Assembly: GCA_020724425.1 (NCBI GenBank)
Contig: DYGY01000001.1
Coordinates: 89,501 to 153,500 of the forward strand
Direction of reading: 5' to 3'
DNA: 64,000 bases
DNA from: Thermaerobacter marianensis
Lineage (GTDB): Bacteria > Bacillota > Sulfobacillia > DVGY01
Positions 56,458-64,000 of this stretch are shown here, one piece after another. A model generated the notes under the pieces. That model was given only the letters and a program-made list of their open reading frames with translations, was not told where the DNA came from and ran no database searches. The number at the start of each line of letters is the position of its first letter. The first letter of the stretch is position 1. The position numbers were made by a program, and so were the translations under genes.

Positions 56458-57069
56458 TTGAGATATGTGGTTGGGATAACTGGTGCTAGTGGAACCATCT
56501 ATGGTCAACGCTTAGTTGAGGTACTACTTTTAGCAAATCATAGAGTTGACTTAATAGTGACTGATGCTGGCTTTGAGGTAGGCAGGTTAGAGCTTGGCTG
56601 GGAGACCTCAAAAGATAACTTGGAGTCTAATATAGAGTTTCTCAATAGGTTCTATGCTAGCAGAGGAGTACCGACAGAAAACCTTAGGGTATATGATCTT
56701 TTTAATATAGCCAGTGACATAGCCAGTGGTTCAGTCAATGTTGAAGCAATGATAGTGGTTCCCTGCAGTATGGGTACTCTAGCTTCAATAGCTACAGGAC
56801 AATCAGGCAATCTCTTAGAGAGGGTTGCCGATGTCATGTTAAAGGAAAAAAGACAATTGGTTCTTGTACCTAGAGAAACACCCTTTAGCACTATTCATTT
56901 AAGGAATCTATTAACGGTGGCAGAGGCAGGAGCTCATGTACTTCCAGCCATGCCAGGCTTTTATCACAGACCAGAAACATTAGAGGATGTAGTTGATTTT
57001 GTGGTAGGCAAGATATTAAATACTCTAAATCTACCACAGGATATATTGCAACAATGGATGGGGGATTAA
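56458..57069 (+). CDS. ubiX: flavin prenyltransferase UbiX
   Basis: YVVGITGASGTIYGQRLVEVLL N-terminus. Flavoprotein-fold decarboxylase family. Confidence 0.85.
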   Translation: MRYVVGITGASGTIYGQRLVEVLLLANHRVDLIVTDAGFEVGRLELGWETSKDNLESNIEFLNRFYASRGVPTENLRVYDLFNIASDIASGSVNVEAMIVVPCSMGTLASIATGQSGNLLERVADVMLKEKRQLVLVPRETPFSTIHLRNLLTVAEAGAHVLPAMPGFYHRPETLEDVVDFVVGKILNTLNLPQDILQQWMGD

Positions 57070-57070
57070 T

Positions 57071-58009
57071 GTGCGTAAGTATATGGCTTTAGGATTAATT
57101 TTCTTATTAGTCATGGGTATATTCTCAGGCTGTGGTCAAAAGGAAGAGGATACTCTAACAATCGGACTACTACCGATTGTTGATGCCCTACCTTTGTTAG
57201 TCGCTAGAGATAACGGCTATTTTGAAGAGGTTGCTGTGGATGTTGAACTAGTTTTCTTCCAGAGCGCTTTAGATAGGGATAGTGCTTTTCAGGCAGGGAG
57301 TCTTGATGGTGCCGTAGGTGACCTTTTAGCAGCAGCCTTGCTTGAACAATCAATTGGGGTCACAGTTATTGCGACAATACTTGGAGTATCAGCGGATGAA
57401 GGTGCCTTTGCCATTCTAGCCGCCCCTGATTCAGATATCCATACTGTTGAGGATTTAAAGGGTGTACCAATAGGGATATCACCCAATTCAATAATTGAAT
57501 ATACCACTGATAAGATGCTTTTGGCCGAGGGCTTTTCACAGGATGACATAGAGAAGACAGTAGTCATAAATATCAGTCAGAGGATGGAGATGCTCCTATC
57601 TGGGCAGCTTCAAGCGGCAAATCTGCCTGATCCTTTAGCAACCCTAGCAGAAACAAAGGGTGCTAGAAAAATTATTGATGATACTCAAGGAGAAAATATC
57701 TCTCAAACGGTATTAATCATGACCGATAAAGCAGTAGATACAAAAGCTTCACAGATTGAGAAGCTAATGGAAGCTTATGTAATGGCCATTAGGGATATTC
57801 AAGAGAATCCTGAGGCATATAGAGGACTACTAGAAGAAGAGCTTCGCCTACCTGAAGGTCTATCTGAGTTTGAGATTGATTCATTTTCCTATCCTCAGGT
57901 ACCCACTGAGGCTGAAATAGAGGCAGTAATCTCTTGGATGTTAGATAAAGACATATTAAAAAATACCATTAAGTATGAGGAATTAATCAATGAATCCTTT
58001 ATCCCCTAA
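57071..58009 (+). CDS. ABC transporter substrate-binding lipoprotein, NitT/TauT (NMT1/SsuA-like) family
   Basis: GTG 1 nt after the ubiX stop. Signal peptide with lipobox FSGC. Periplasmic-binding-protein type 2 fold. Confidence 0.7.
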   Translation: MRKYMALGLIFLLVMGIFSGCGQKEEDTLTIGLLPIVDALPLLVARDNGYFEEVAVDVELVFFQSALDRDSAFQAGSLDGAVGDLLAAALLEQSIGVTVIATILGVSADEGAFAILAAPDSDIHTVEDLKGVPIGISPNSIIEYTTDKMLLAEGFSQDDIEKTVVINISQRMEMLLSGQLQAANLPDPLATLAETKGARKIIDDTQGENISQTVLIMTDKAVDTKASQIEKLMEAYVMAIRDIQENPEAYRGLLEEELRLPEGLSEFEIDSFSYPQVPTEAEIEAVISWMLDKDILKNTIKYEELINESFIP

Positions 58010-58769
58010 GGTAGAGGTAAATAACTTAAGTGTTAGCTATAGAAATAGTGGACAGGGCAGTGTGGAGGCCCTGTCCAATGTTAGTTTGGGTCTGAAGAAG
58101 GGTGAAAGCTGTGCTTTAATTGGCCCTTCAGGTTGTGGCAAAACCACATTGCTTTATGTCTTGGCAGGTCTACTTAAACCCACTATAGGACAAGCAAACA
58201 TTGATGGTCAGCCAATTAGACCAAAACGCAAGGAAACAGCCATAATCCTGCAAGATTATGGCCTTATGCCCTGGAAGACAGTTTGGGAAAACACCGCTTT
58301 AGGACTAGTTATTCGTAAGCTACCAGAAAAGGATATTGAAAAAAGAGTCTCAAGGATATTAGCCAAGCTTGGTCTAGAAAAGCTAAGAAATAGTTATCCA
58401 CATCAGTTAAGTGGTGGTCAAAGACAAAGAGTAGCCATAGCCAGATCTCTGGCATTGGAACCTGACCTCCTCTTAATGGATGAGCCATTTTCGTCTTTGG
58501 ATGCATTAACTCGAGAGGAACTGCAAGAGGATCTTTTACACTTATGGCAGGAAAAAGAACTTACCATGGTACTTGTGACTCACAGTATTGAAGAAGCAGC
58601 ATATCTGGGCCAGAGAATATTTATCTTCTCTAAAGGACCTGGTAGGGTAGTGGCGGAGCTAAGAAATTCGGGGGTTGGCAAAGAGGATTATCGCAGCAGT
58701 GAAGAGTATCATGCGAGGACTGATGAAATTAGACAGATACTTCTAAAACATCGCTTACAGAGTATCTAG
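57990..58769 (+). CDS. ABC transporter ATP-binding protein (NitT/TauT family)
   Basis: Walker A GPSGCGKTT, LSGGQRQRVAIAR signature, Walker B LLLMDEP. Confidence 0.9.
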   Translation: MNPLSPKVEVNNLSVSYRNSGQGSVEALSNVSLGLKKGESCALIGPSGCGKTTLLYVLAGLLKPTIGQANIDGQPIRPKRKETAIILQDYGLMPWKTVWENTALGLVIRKLPEKDIEKRVSRILAKLGLEKLRNSYPHQLSGGQRQRVAIARSLALEPDLLLMDEPFSSLDALTREELQEDLLHLWQEKELTMVLVTHSIEEAAYLGQRIFIFSKGPGRVVAELRNSGVGKEDYRSSEEYHARTDEIRQILLKHRLQSI

Positions 58770-58786
58770 ACTGGGGTAGGAAGATA

Positions 58787-59533
58787 ATGAATAGATGGTA
58801 TACAGGTTTCTATTATGTGCTGGCATTAGGTATTCTTCTAATATCCTGGGAACTCTTATCTCTGTGGGTTAATTCAATTGCTTTACCATCACCTCGCAGT
58901 GCTTTAGGTTCTTTTTTTGAATTGGCAGCTAAAGGCTCTCTAAGAAGTCATTTCCTTGTTAGTGCCTACAGAGTTACTGCAAGTATTGCTTTAGCATTAG
59001 TAACTGCTGTACCTTTAGGGCTGTTTCTAGGTCGGGTTAAAGCCTTAGATCGTTTGGCTGTACCATTAATATTTCTAACTTACCCTATTCCTAAAATCGT
59101 TTTCTTACCGGTTTTTATGGCTCTATTTGGTTTAGGTGATCTTTCTAAGATTACTCTGGTAGCTCTCATTGTTTTCTACCAGATTCTTGTGACTACCTGG
59201 GATGAAGCAAGATCCATTAATCAACAGATGATCTATTCAGTGACATCTTTAGGAGCAGGGGAAAGGGATATCTACAGGCATGTACTATTCCCTGCAGTCC
59301 TACCTAAGATATTTACTTCCATGAGGATATCTTTGGGTACAGCCATAGCTGTCCTCTTCATTGCGGAAACCTATGCTACAAACGTTGGTCTTGGCTATTT
59401 CTTGATTGAGACTTGGTCTAGGGGTGCTTATGATCAAATGTATGCTGGTATTATTGGTATGGGTATCCTTGGCTTTACTCTATATCAGCTCTTTTCAGTC
59501 TTTGAAAGGATATTATGTCCTTGGACCAAATAG
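58787..59533 (+). CDS. ABC transporter permease (NitT/TauT family)
   Basis: Six TM segments with an EAA-like loop. Confidence 0.8.
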   Translation: MNRWYTGFYYVLALGILLISWELLSLWVNSIALPSPRSALGSFFELAAKGSLRSHFLVSAYRVTASIALALVTAVPLGLFLGRVKALDRLAVPLIFLTYPIPKIVFLPVFMALFGLGDLSKITLVALIVFYQILVTTWDEARSINQQMIYSVTSLGAGERDIYRHVLFPAVLPKIFTSMRISLGTAIAVLFIAETYATNVGLGYFLIETWSRGAYDQMYAGIIGMGILGFTLYQLFSVFERILCPWTK

Positions 59534-59559
59534 GCTACCATTTACGGTAGTCTTTTTTT
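59534..59559 (+). terminator. terminator closing the tetR-ubiDAX-ABC operon
   Basis: GGCTACC-atttac-GGTAGTC then TTTTTTTCTG. Confidence 0.6.
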
Positions 59560-59612
59560 CTGTAAAGGGATTTTCCTACTTTCAAAGAAATATCTCTATG
59601 GAGGGATGCCTA

Positions 59613-60827
59613 GTGAGAGAGATACGAGCTATCGGTGAAGACTTAAAGAAGTTTGCTGAGATTTCGGCAAATGCCTATCCTGGAATGAAGCGAACAGCTG
59701 AAGAGTTATATGAGAGATATAAGGAGCTATTGGAGGTAGACAAGACATCTAGTTTTTATGGTATCTATGAAGATGAACTTCTAGGTGGTATGCGACTATT
59801 AGATTTAAAACTAAACTACCTAGGCAAAATTATTCCAGCAGCTGGTTTGGGGTTAGTATCGGTTGATCTCATCAGAAAGAAACAGGGCATTGCTAGGGAT
59901 ATGGTTAAATATTTCTTAGATCATTATAGAGCAAAGGGGACTTATCTTGCTCTTTTGTATCCATTTAGGCATGATTTCTACAAGGAGATGGGGTTTGGTT
60001 ACGGCTCCAAGATGCATCGATATTCCTTTAAACCTCTAAGCCTTTCTGGAAAAGCAAAGGGCATTACCTACCTTGGTGACACTGATATCCCAGAGATTGA
60101 AGCTTTCTATACAGAATACGCTAAGCAAAAACATGGATATTGCTTGATGAGCAATTGGGATCTGGCATATCTCAAAAGAGAGTACATAAGCAAAAGGAGT
60201 ATTGTAGGTTACAGGGCTAATGGGAAGTTAAGGGGATATCTGACCTTCTATTTTGATTTGGGTGAGAATTTCCTGCACAATAATCTGGTTATTGATGACT
60301 GGTTCTGGTTAGATATTGATGCTCTAGAAGCACTAAGTGGTTTTCTTAGAAGCCAGGCTGATCAGTTTGACAGGATTATCTATCATACAACGGACCCAGA
60401 TTTTGTATATCTTCTTTCAGATGTTGGTGATGGTACCAACCGATTGCTATCTGGTGGCTATCATGAAAGCAATACTAGTGGTGTCGGGCTCATGTATAGA
60501 ATAATTGACCTACGAGCGTTTTTGGAACAGACAAGCTATCGCGAGTATAAAGGTAATCTAGACCTGACTCTTGTTGTTAAAGACTCATTTGCTCCTGAAA
60601 ATGAGGGGGAACATCATCTATCCTTTGTTGATGGCCAACTGATCATTAGAAATGAGCCTGTAAGTGGGTATAGGTTAGAGATAGATATTGCTGATCTCTC
60701 TTCTCTTTTGATGGGCAGTGTTAGTTTAAGAAGCCTTGCGCGTCTGGGTAGAGTATCTGGGGATATGGAATCCTTAGAAGATCTCTTTTCGGTACGGGAT
60801 AGGCCTGAATGTGTGACCCATTTCTAG
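59613..60827 (+). CDS. Eis-like GNAT acetyltransferase with a C-terminal sterol-carrier-like domain
   Basis: GTG 7 nt after GGAGGG. GNAT fold (LGKIIPAAGLGLVSVDLIRKKQGIARDMV) plus a ~200-aa C-terminal domain. The ORF-track N-terminal extension overlaps the permease and was rejected. Confidence 0.6.
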   Translation: MREIRAIGEDLKKFAEISANAYPGMKRTAEELYERYKELLEVDKTSSFYGIYEDELLGGMRLLDLKLNYLGKIIPAAGLGLVSVDLIRKKQGIARDMVKYFLDHYRAKGTYLALLYPFRHDFYKEMGFGYGSKMHRYSFKPLSLSGKAKGITYLGDTDIPEIEAFYTEYAKQKHGYCLMSNWDLAYLKREYISKRSIVGYRANGKLRGYLTFYFDLGENFLHNNLVIDDWFWLDIDALEALSGFLRSQADQFDRIIYHTTDPDFVYLLSDVGDGTNRLLSGGYHESNTSGVGLMYRIIDLRAFLEQTSYREYKGNLDLTLVVKDSFAPENEGEHHLSFVDGQLIIRNEPVSGYRLEIDIADLSSLLMGSVSLRSLARLGRVSGDMESLEDLFSVRDRPECVTHF

Positions 60828-60840
60828 AGGAGGAGTGCTC

Positions 60841-61131
60841 ATGGATTATATCCGCTATGTCATACTATTGAGTCGAGTAGCTGAGGTGACTGAAGACCTA
60901 ATTAAAGCTCATGTGAACCACCTAAAAGATTTAGAGGCTAAGGGGAATTTGGTCCTCTGTGGTCCGTTTCTTGATTATCCGGGTGGCATAATCATAATTA
61001 AAGCAGAATCTCTTACAGCTGCAAAGGCTATAGCAGAGAGGGATCCCTTCGTTTCTGCAGGGGTTCAGACATATGAACTAAGAACCATGGAAGTGTCTAG
61101 TAGGGATAACAACCATCTGGGTATGGGTTAG
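60841..61131 (+). CDS. YciI-like (Dabb-fold) protein
   Basis: ATG 5 nt after GAGGAGGAG. ~95 aa with the YciI pattern. Confidence 0.6.
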   Translation: MDYIRYVILLSRVAEVTEDLIKAHVNHLKDLEAKGNLVLCGPFLDYPGGIIIIKAESLTAAKAIAERDPFVSAGVQTYELRTMEVSSRDNNHLGMG

Positions 61132-61141
61132 GAGGGGACAT

Positions 61142-61990
61142 ATGGCTAAGGTCTTAGGAGTACTGGCTAGTGCTCGGCATCTAGGTAACTCAGAGGTTCT
61201 GTTAAGAGAGTCATTAAGTGTATGTCAGGAGCATGGTCTTAAAACAGAGATTGTTCGCCTGACTGATCTAAATATGTCATTCTGTCATGGCTGTTTGCGC
61301 TGCATCCTCACTGGCAAGGAATGTCGGATAAAGGATGACATACCACTTTTTTTAGATAAGCTCCTAGCTTTTGATGCAGTCATTGTTGCTGCTCCCACCT
61401 ATATGCTTGGCCCTACAGGTATTGTCAAATCAGTGACTGATAGATTCTTATGCCGGGTGGATAGAGTCTTGGATAGAAGAACTATAAGACCCGGAGCGGT
61501 AATTAGTGTTGCTGGATTAGAGGAATGGAAAGGGCAGGGGCTTGGTCAGTTGAGTCTTTTCCTTTTGTCCTTTGGTATTAGACCCTTAGGTTTCATGGAA
61601 GCCTATGCTCCAGGTCCCGGAGAGGTTGTCCTAGAAAAGGCCAATATAGAAAAAGCAAGAGAGATTGGGGAGCTAATTAGTAACTCCATACTGAATCAGA
61701 CACTAATAAGGCAAGAGGTGGGTCCCAACAGGTGTCCTGTTTGTTTTGGTGATGTCTTTAGATTCCTTCCCGAAGGTACGGTTCATTGTCCTAATTGTGG
61801 TTTAGAAGGAGAACTAACTGATTCAGGTATATCTTTTCCCAAGAACTATGAAGAGCTTCATCGCTTTACCTGGGAGCACCTTCAAAGTCATATTGAGGAC
61901 TGGGTTAAAGCTAGTGCTCCTAGATACCTTGCTTCACGCAAAGACATACAAAAAGAGATTATCAATCTAAAGGAGAAGTGGGGCGAGTGA
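61142..61990 (+). CDS. iron-sulfur flavoprotein (NADPH-dependent FMN reductase fold, Isf-like) with a C-terminal zinc ribbon
   Basis: Compact Cys motif CHGCLRCILTGKEC (C-x2-C-x2-C-x7-C) in a flavodoxin-like fold. C-terminal CPVC...CPNC. Confidence 0.6.
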   Translation: MAKVLGVLASARHLGNSEVLLRESLSVCQEHGLKTEIVRLTDLNMSFCHGCLRCILTGKECRIKDDIPLFLDKLLAFDAVIVAAPTYMLGPTGIVKSVTDRFLCRVDRVLDRRTIRPGAVISVAGLEEWKGQGLGQLSLFLLSFGIRPLGFMEAYAPGPGEVVLEKANIEKAREIGELISNSILNQTLIRQEVGPNRCPVCFGDVFRFLPEGTVHCPNCGLEGELTDSGISFPKNYEELHRFTWEHLQSHIEDWVKASAPRYLASRKDIQKEIINLKEKWGE

Positions 61991-62523
61991 ATCGTTGTAG
62001 TTGGGCAACAGAGCCAATCTTAATTGAGTATCATGACAGGGAATGGGGTATTCCCCCTGAAGATGACCGGGGGTATTTTGAGATTCTTTCTTTAGAAGCT
62101 TTTCAAGCAGGTCTTTCCTGGTACATAGTCCTGCAAAAAAGAGCTGCTTTAAGAAAGGCCTTTATGCAATTTGAACCTGAGAAAGTCTTAACAGTGGATA
62201 TCAATGCCCTGCTGCAAGACCGAAGTCTAATTCGCAATAGGATGAAGCTTGAAGCTACTGTTCATAACGCCAGGGTTTTTTTAGATTTAGTGACTGAGTA
62301 TGGTTCTTTTGAAAAATACTTAAGAAATCTCCCTGATGACCCTAAGCTAGCTAGTAAAATTTTTAAAAGACAGGGCTTTAAGTTTCTAGGTCCTGTGGTT
62401 ACAGAAAGCTTCTTTCAGGCTGTTGGTAAAATCAAACCGCCCCATGAGGATGTATGTTTGTTAAAGGAGAGGGAAGATGAGGATTACCAAACTAACAGAG
62501 AAGTGGATTTTACAAACTGCTGA
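61978..62523 (+). CDS. tag: DNA-3-methyladenine glycosylase I
   Basis: RCSWA...YHDREWGIP..DD..LFE.LSLEAFQAGLSW is the Tag signature. Confidence 0.85.
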   Translation: MGRVNRCSWATEPILIEYHDREWGIPPEDDRGYFEILSLEAFQAGLSWYIVLQKRAALRKAFMQFEPEKVLTVDINALLQDRSLIRNRMKLEATVHNARVFLDLVTEYGSFEKYLRNLPDDPKLASKIFKRQGFKFLGPVVTESFFQAVGKIKPPHEDVCLLKEREDEDYQTNREVDFTNC

Positions 62524-63013
62524 AATACTGTATAAGGAGTTTGCTGATATTGATGCTTGGCCTGATATGGATTCAGCTATACAGGAAGTTCAGGAATCTT
62601 TAAGTGACAATAGATTAAGTCTAATTGCTGTAGATGGAGATACTGTCACTGGTTGGGTAGGGGGAATCCCAACCTATGGAGGCAGGGTGTGGGAGCTGCA
62701 TCCCTTGGTAGTTGCTAGGAAATATCAAGGCCAAGGTATTGGTAGACTGCTTGTTCTTGAACTAGAGAAAAGAGCAAAGGAACTAGGAGGCTTAACCCTC
62801 TGGCTTGGTTCAGATGATGAGAAATATCAGACCAGTATTTCTGGTATTGATCTTTATCCTGATGTTTGGCAGCATATGCGGGATATCCGGAATATCAAGA
62901 ATCATCCCTATGAGTTCTATCAAAAGCTAGGCTTTGTGATTGTAGGCTTGATGCCTGATGCCAATGGCTTTGGTAAGCCTGATATCTATCTTGCCAAAAG
63001 GATTTTAGGATAA
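62477..63013 (+). CDS. GNAT-family N-acetyltransferase
   Basis: Q/RxxGxG/A-type motif (ARKYQGQGIGRLL). Confidence 0.7.
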   Translation: MRITKLTEKWILQTAEILYKEFADIDAWPDMDSAIQEVQESLSDNRLSLIAVDGDTVTGWVGGIPTYGGRVWELHPLVVARKYQGQGIGRLLVLELEKRAKELGGLTLWLGSDDEKYQTSISGIDLYPDVWQHMRDIRNIKNHPYEFYQKLGFVIVGLMPDANGFGKPDIYLAKRILG

Positions 63014-63433
63014 CTGGAAGATAATAATACCAATAATCATAATGACTATCCCTAGTGGTTTAGTGTAGGTAAGGGTGATTCTTTCCTGACCGAAAAGACC
63101 AAAGGAATCTATCATCAAGGCAAAGAGCAGCTGGCTTACCATCAGGATGGAGATGGTATAGGTGGGTCCGAGGATAGTTATTCCTCTCATAATGGTATAG
63201 ATAATGAGTACACCAAAGACACCACCGAGGAAGTATATCTTGTCAACATCTTTTAGTTTACTAAAATCACCATCACGGGTTAAGAGGAAGATGGTTGTCG
63301 AAGTGAGAAGACCAACTGTAAAGACTACGGTTGTGGTAGCCCAGAGTCCTATATGTTCGCTAACTCTTGTGTTGAATACGTTTTGAAGTGCTATGAAAAG
63401 GCCAGCTAAGATTGAGTAGATGATTCCTGCCAT
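63005..63433 (-). CDS. DMT-superfamily small membrane protein (DUF606/YdcZ-like)
   Basis: 142 aa with 4-5 TM helices and a half-transporter pattern. Confidence 0.55.
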   Translation of the reverse strand: MAGIIYSILAGLFIALQNVFNTRVSEHIGLWATTTVVFTVGLLTSTTIFLLTRDGDFSKLKDVDKIYFLGGVFGVLIIYTIMRGITILGPTYTISILMVSQLLFALMIDSFGLFGQERITLTYTKPLGIVIMIIGIIIFQLS

Positions 63434-63504
63434 TTAGACTTCTCCTTTTGTAGAAATATGTCTATGTATCTTTCGTGATTGGAAGGTGTTTTCCTTTTGA
63501 GAAA

Positions 63505-63537
63505 AATTAGCTTGCCGAAGATTTCGGCAAGCTAATT
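63505..63537 (-). terminator. strong intrinsic terminator for the upstream minus-strand ECF-S gene
   Basis: 15-bp perfect palindrome AATTAGCTTGCCGAA-gat-TTCGGCAAGCTAATT. On the minus strand it is followed by TTTT. Confidence 0.65.
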
Positions 63538-63539
63538 AG

Positions 63540-64000
63540 TTAACGTCTTAAGTGTGCTGGTATGCCTATAACAGCATGATATCTGTTGAGAATGGTATAG
63601 AGGACAAAGCTATAGATGGGAATCAAGATGATTCTAGCTATTAGTCTAGAGGGTAGAAGTACCAAGAAAGCTTTGTCATAAAGGATACTTAACCAGAGGG
63701 TATTTAACCCTACTGAAACTATCATACTGGTAATTATCATGGCAATGACGATGTTTTTCATAGTAAGTTCTTTACGTCTGCTATAGATTAACCAGCCGGG
63801 GATTGCACCTACTAAAGCTGAACTCAAGGTGAATCCGGGAAAGTATGTGCCTATTGGGAAGAGGGCAAAACCGGTTAGGTCTGCAAGAACACCGACAATT
63901 GCACCAGCCCAAGGGCCAAAAAGTATACCGGCTAAAGCTATGGGAATTTCTCCAAAGCTGAGCCTTAATGCCATGGCACCACCTACAGGTACCATAACAC
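63540..64000 (-). CDS. ECF-transporter substrate-specific (S) component-like membrane protein, N-terminus probably beyond the window
   Basis: LSFGEIPIALAGILFGPWAGAIVGVLADLTGF is typical of ECF S components. Confidence 0.5.
   Translation of the reverse strand, partial: VMVPVGGAMALRLSFGEIPIALAGILFGPWAGAIVGVLADLTGFALFPIGTYFPGFTLSSALVGAIPGWLIYSRRKELTMKNIVIAMIITSMIVSVGLNTLWLSILYDKAFLVLLPSRLIARIILIPIYSFVLYTILNRYHAVIGIPAHLRR

Noticed and set aside
59406-59612. N-terminal extension of the Eis-like ORF overlapping the ABC permease 3' end and its terminator.
   Set aside because: It spans a hairpin plus U-tract terminator. A GTG with a GGAGGG RBS at 59613 gives a sensible GNAT N-terminus.
1-64000. CRISPR arrays, rRNA, tRNA, IS or transposase, phage integrase.
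   Set aside because: No direct-repeat/spacer periodicity, no rRNA- or tRNA-like conserved stretches, no transposase- or integrase-like ORFs. All large ORFs are accounted for by core genes.

Overview
This window is a low-GC (~42%) chromosomal core region of an endospore-forming Firmicute (Clostridia/Bacilli-like). It is almost entirely co-directional on the + strand and collinear with the Bacillus subtilis ylo/ylb/fap/smc/ffh/trmD region. The gene order is: dapF-dapL, yicC-remA-gmk-rpoZ-coaBC-priA-def/fmt-(Zn peptidase)-rsmB-rlmN-prpC-prkC-rsgA-rpe, hslO, rpmB (minus strand), asp23-fakA, aroA, an alpha/beta-type SASP convergent with gpr, rsmD-coaD, ylbJ (minus strand), ylbL-yceD-rpmF, fapR-plsX-fabH-fakB-fabD-fabG-acpP-fabF-rnc, spoVS, smc-ftsY-ylxM-ffh-rpsP-KH-rimM-trmD-rplS-lepB-rbgA-rnhB. 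No rRNA, tRNA, CRISPR array or mobile element was seen. The non-housekeeping content is: (i) at the 5' end, a terminator-bounded three-gene module (small ORF, opine-dehydrogenase-family oxidoreductase, and a fused glutamate-mutase-like B12 protein with a variant CxHxxG cobalamin motif); (ii) a solo HEPN protein between dapL and yicC; (iii) an in-frame def-fmt fusion; and (iv) at the 3' end, a TetR-controlled ubiD-ubiA-ubiX plus NitT/TauT-type ABC importer operon with a consensus promoter, a palindromic operator and a terminator, followed by an Eis-like GNAT / YciI / iron-sulfur-flavoprotein / tag / GNAT islet. Several near-consensus sigma-A promoters, a FapR-box-like operator, a sigma-G-like promoter and intrinsic terminators are readable directly. 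Coordinates of motifs that I placed by hand may be off by 1-2 nt.
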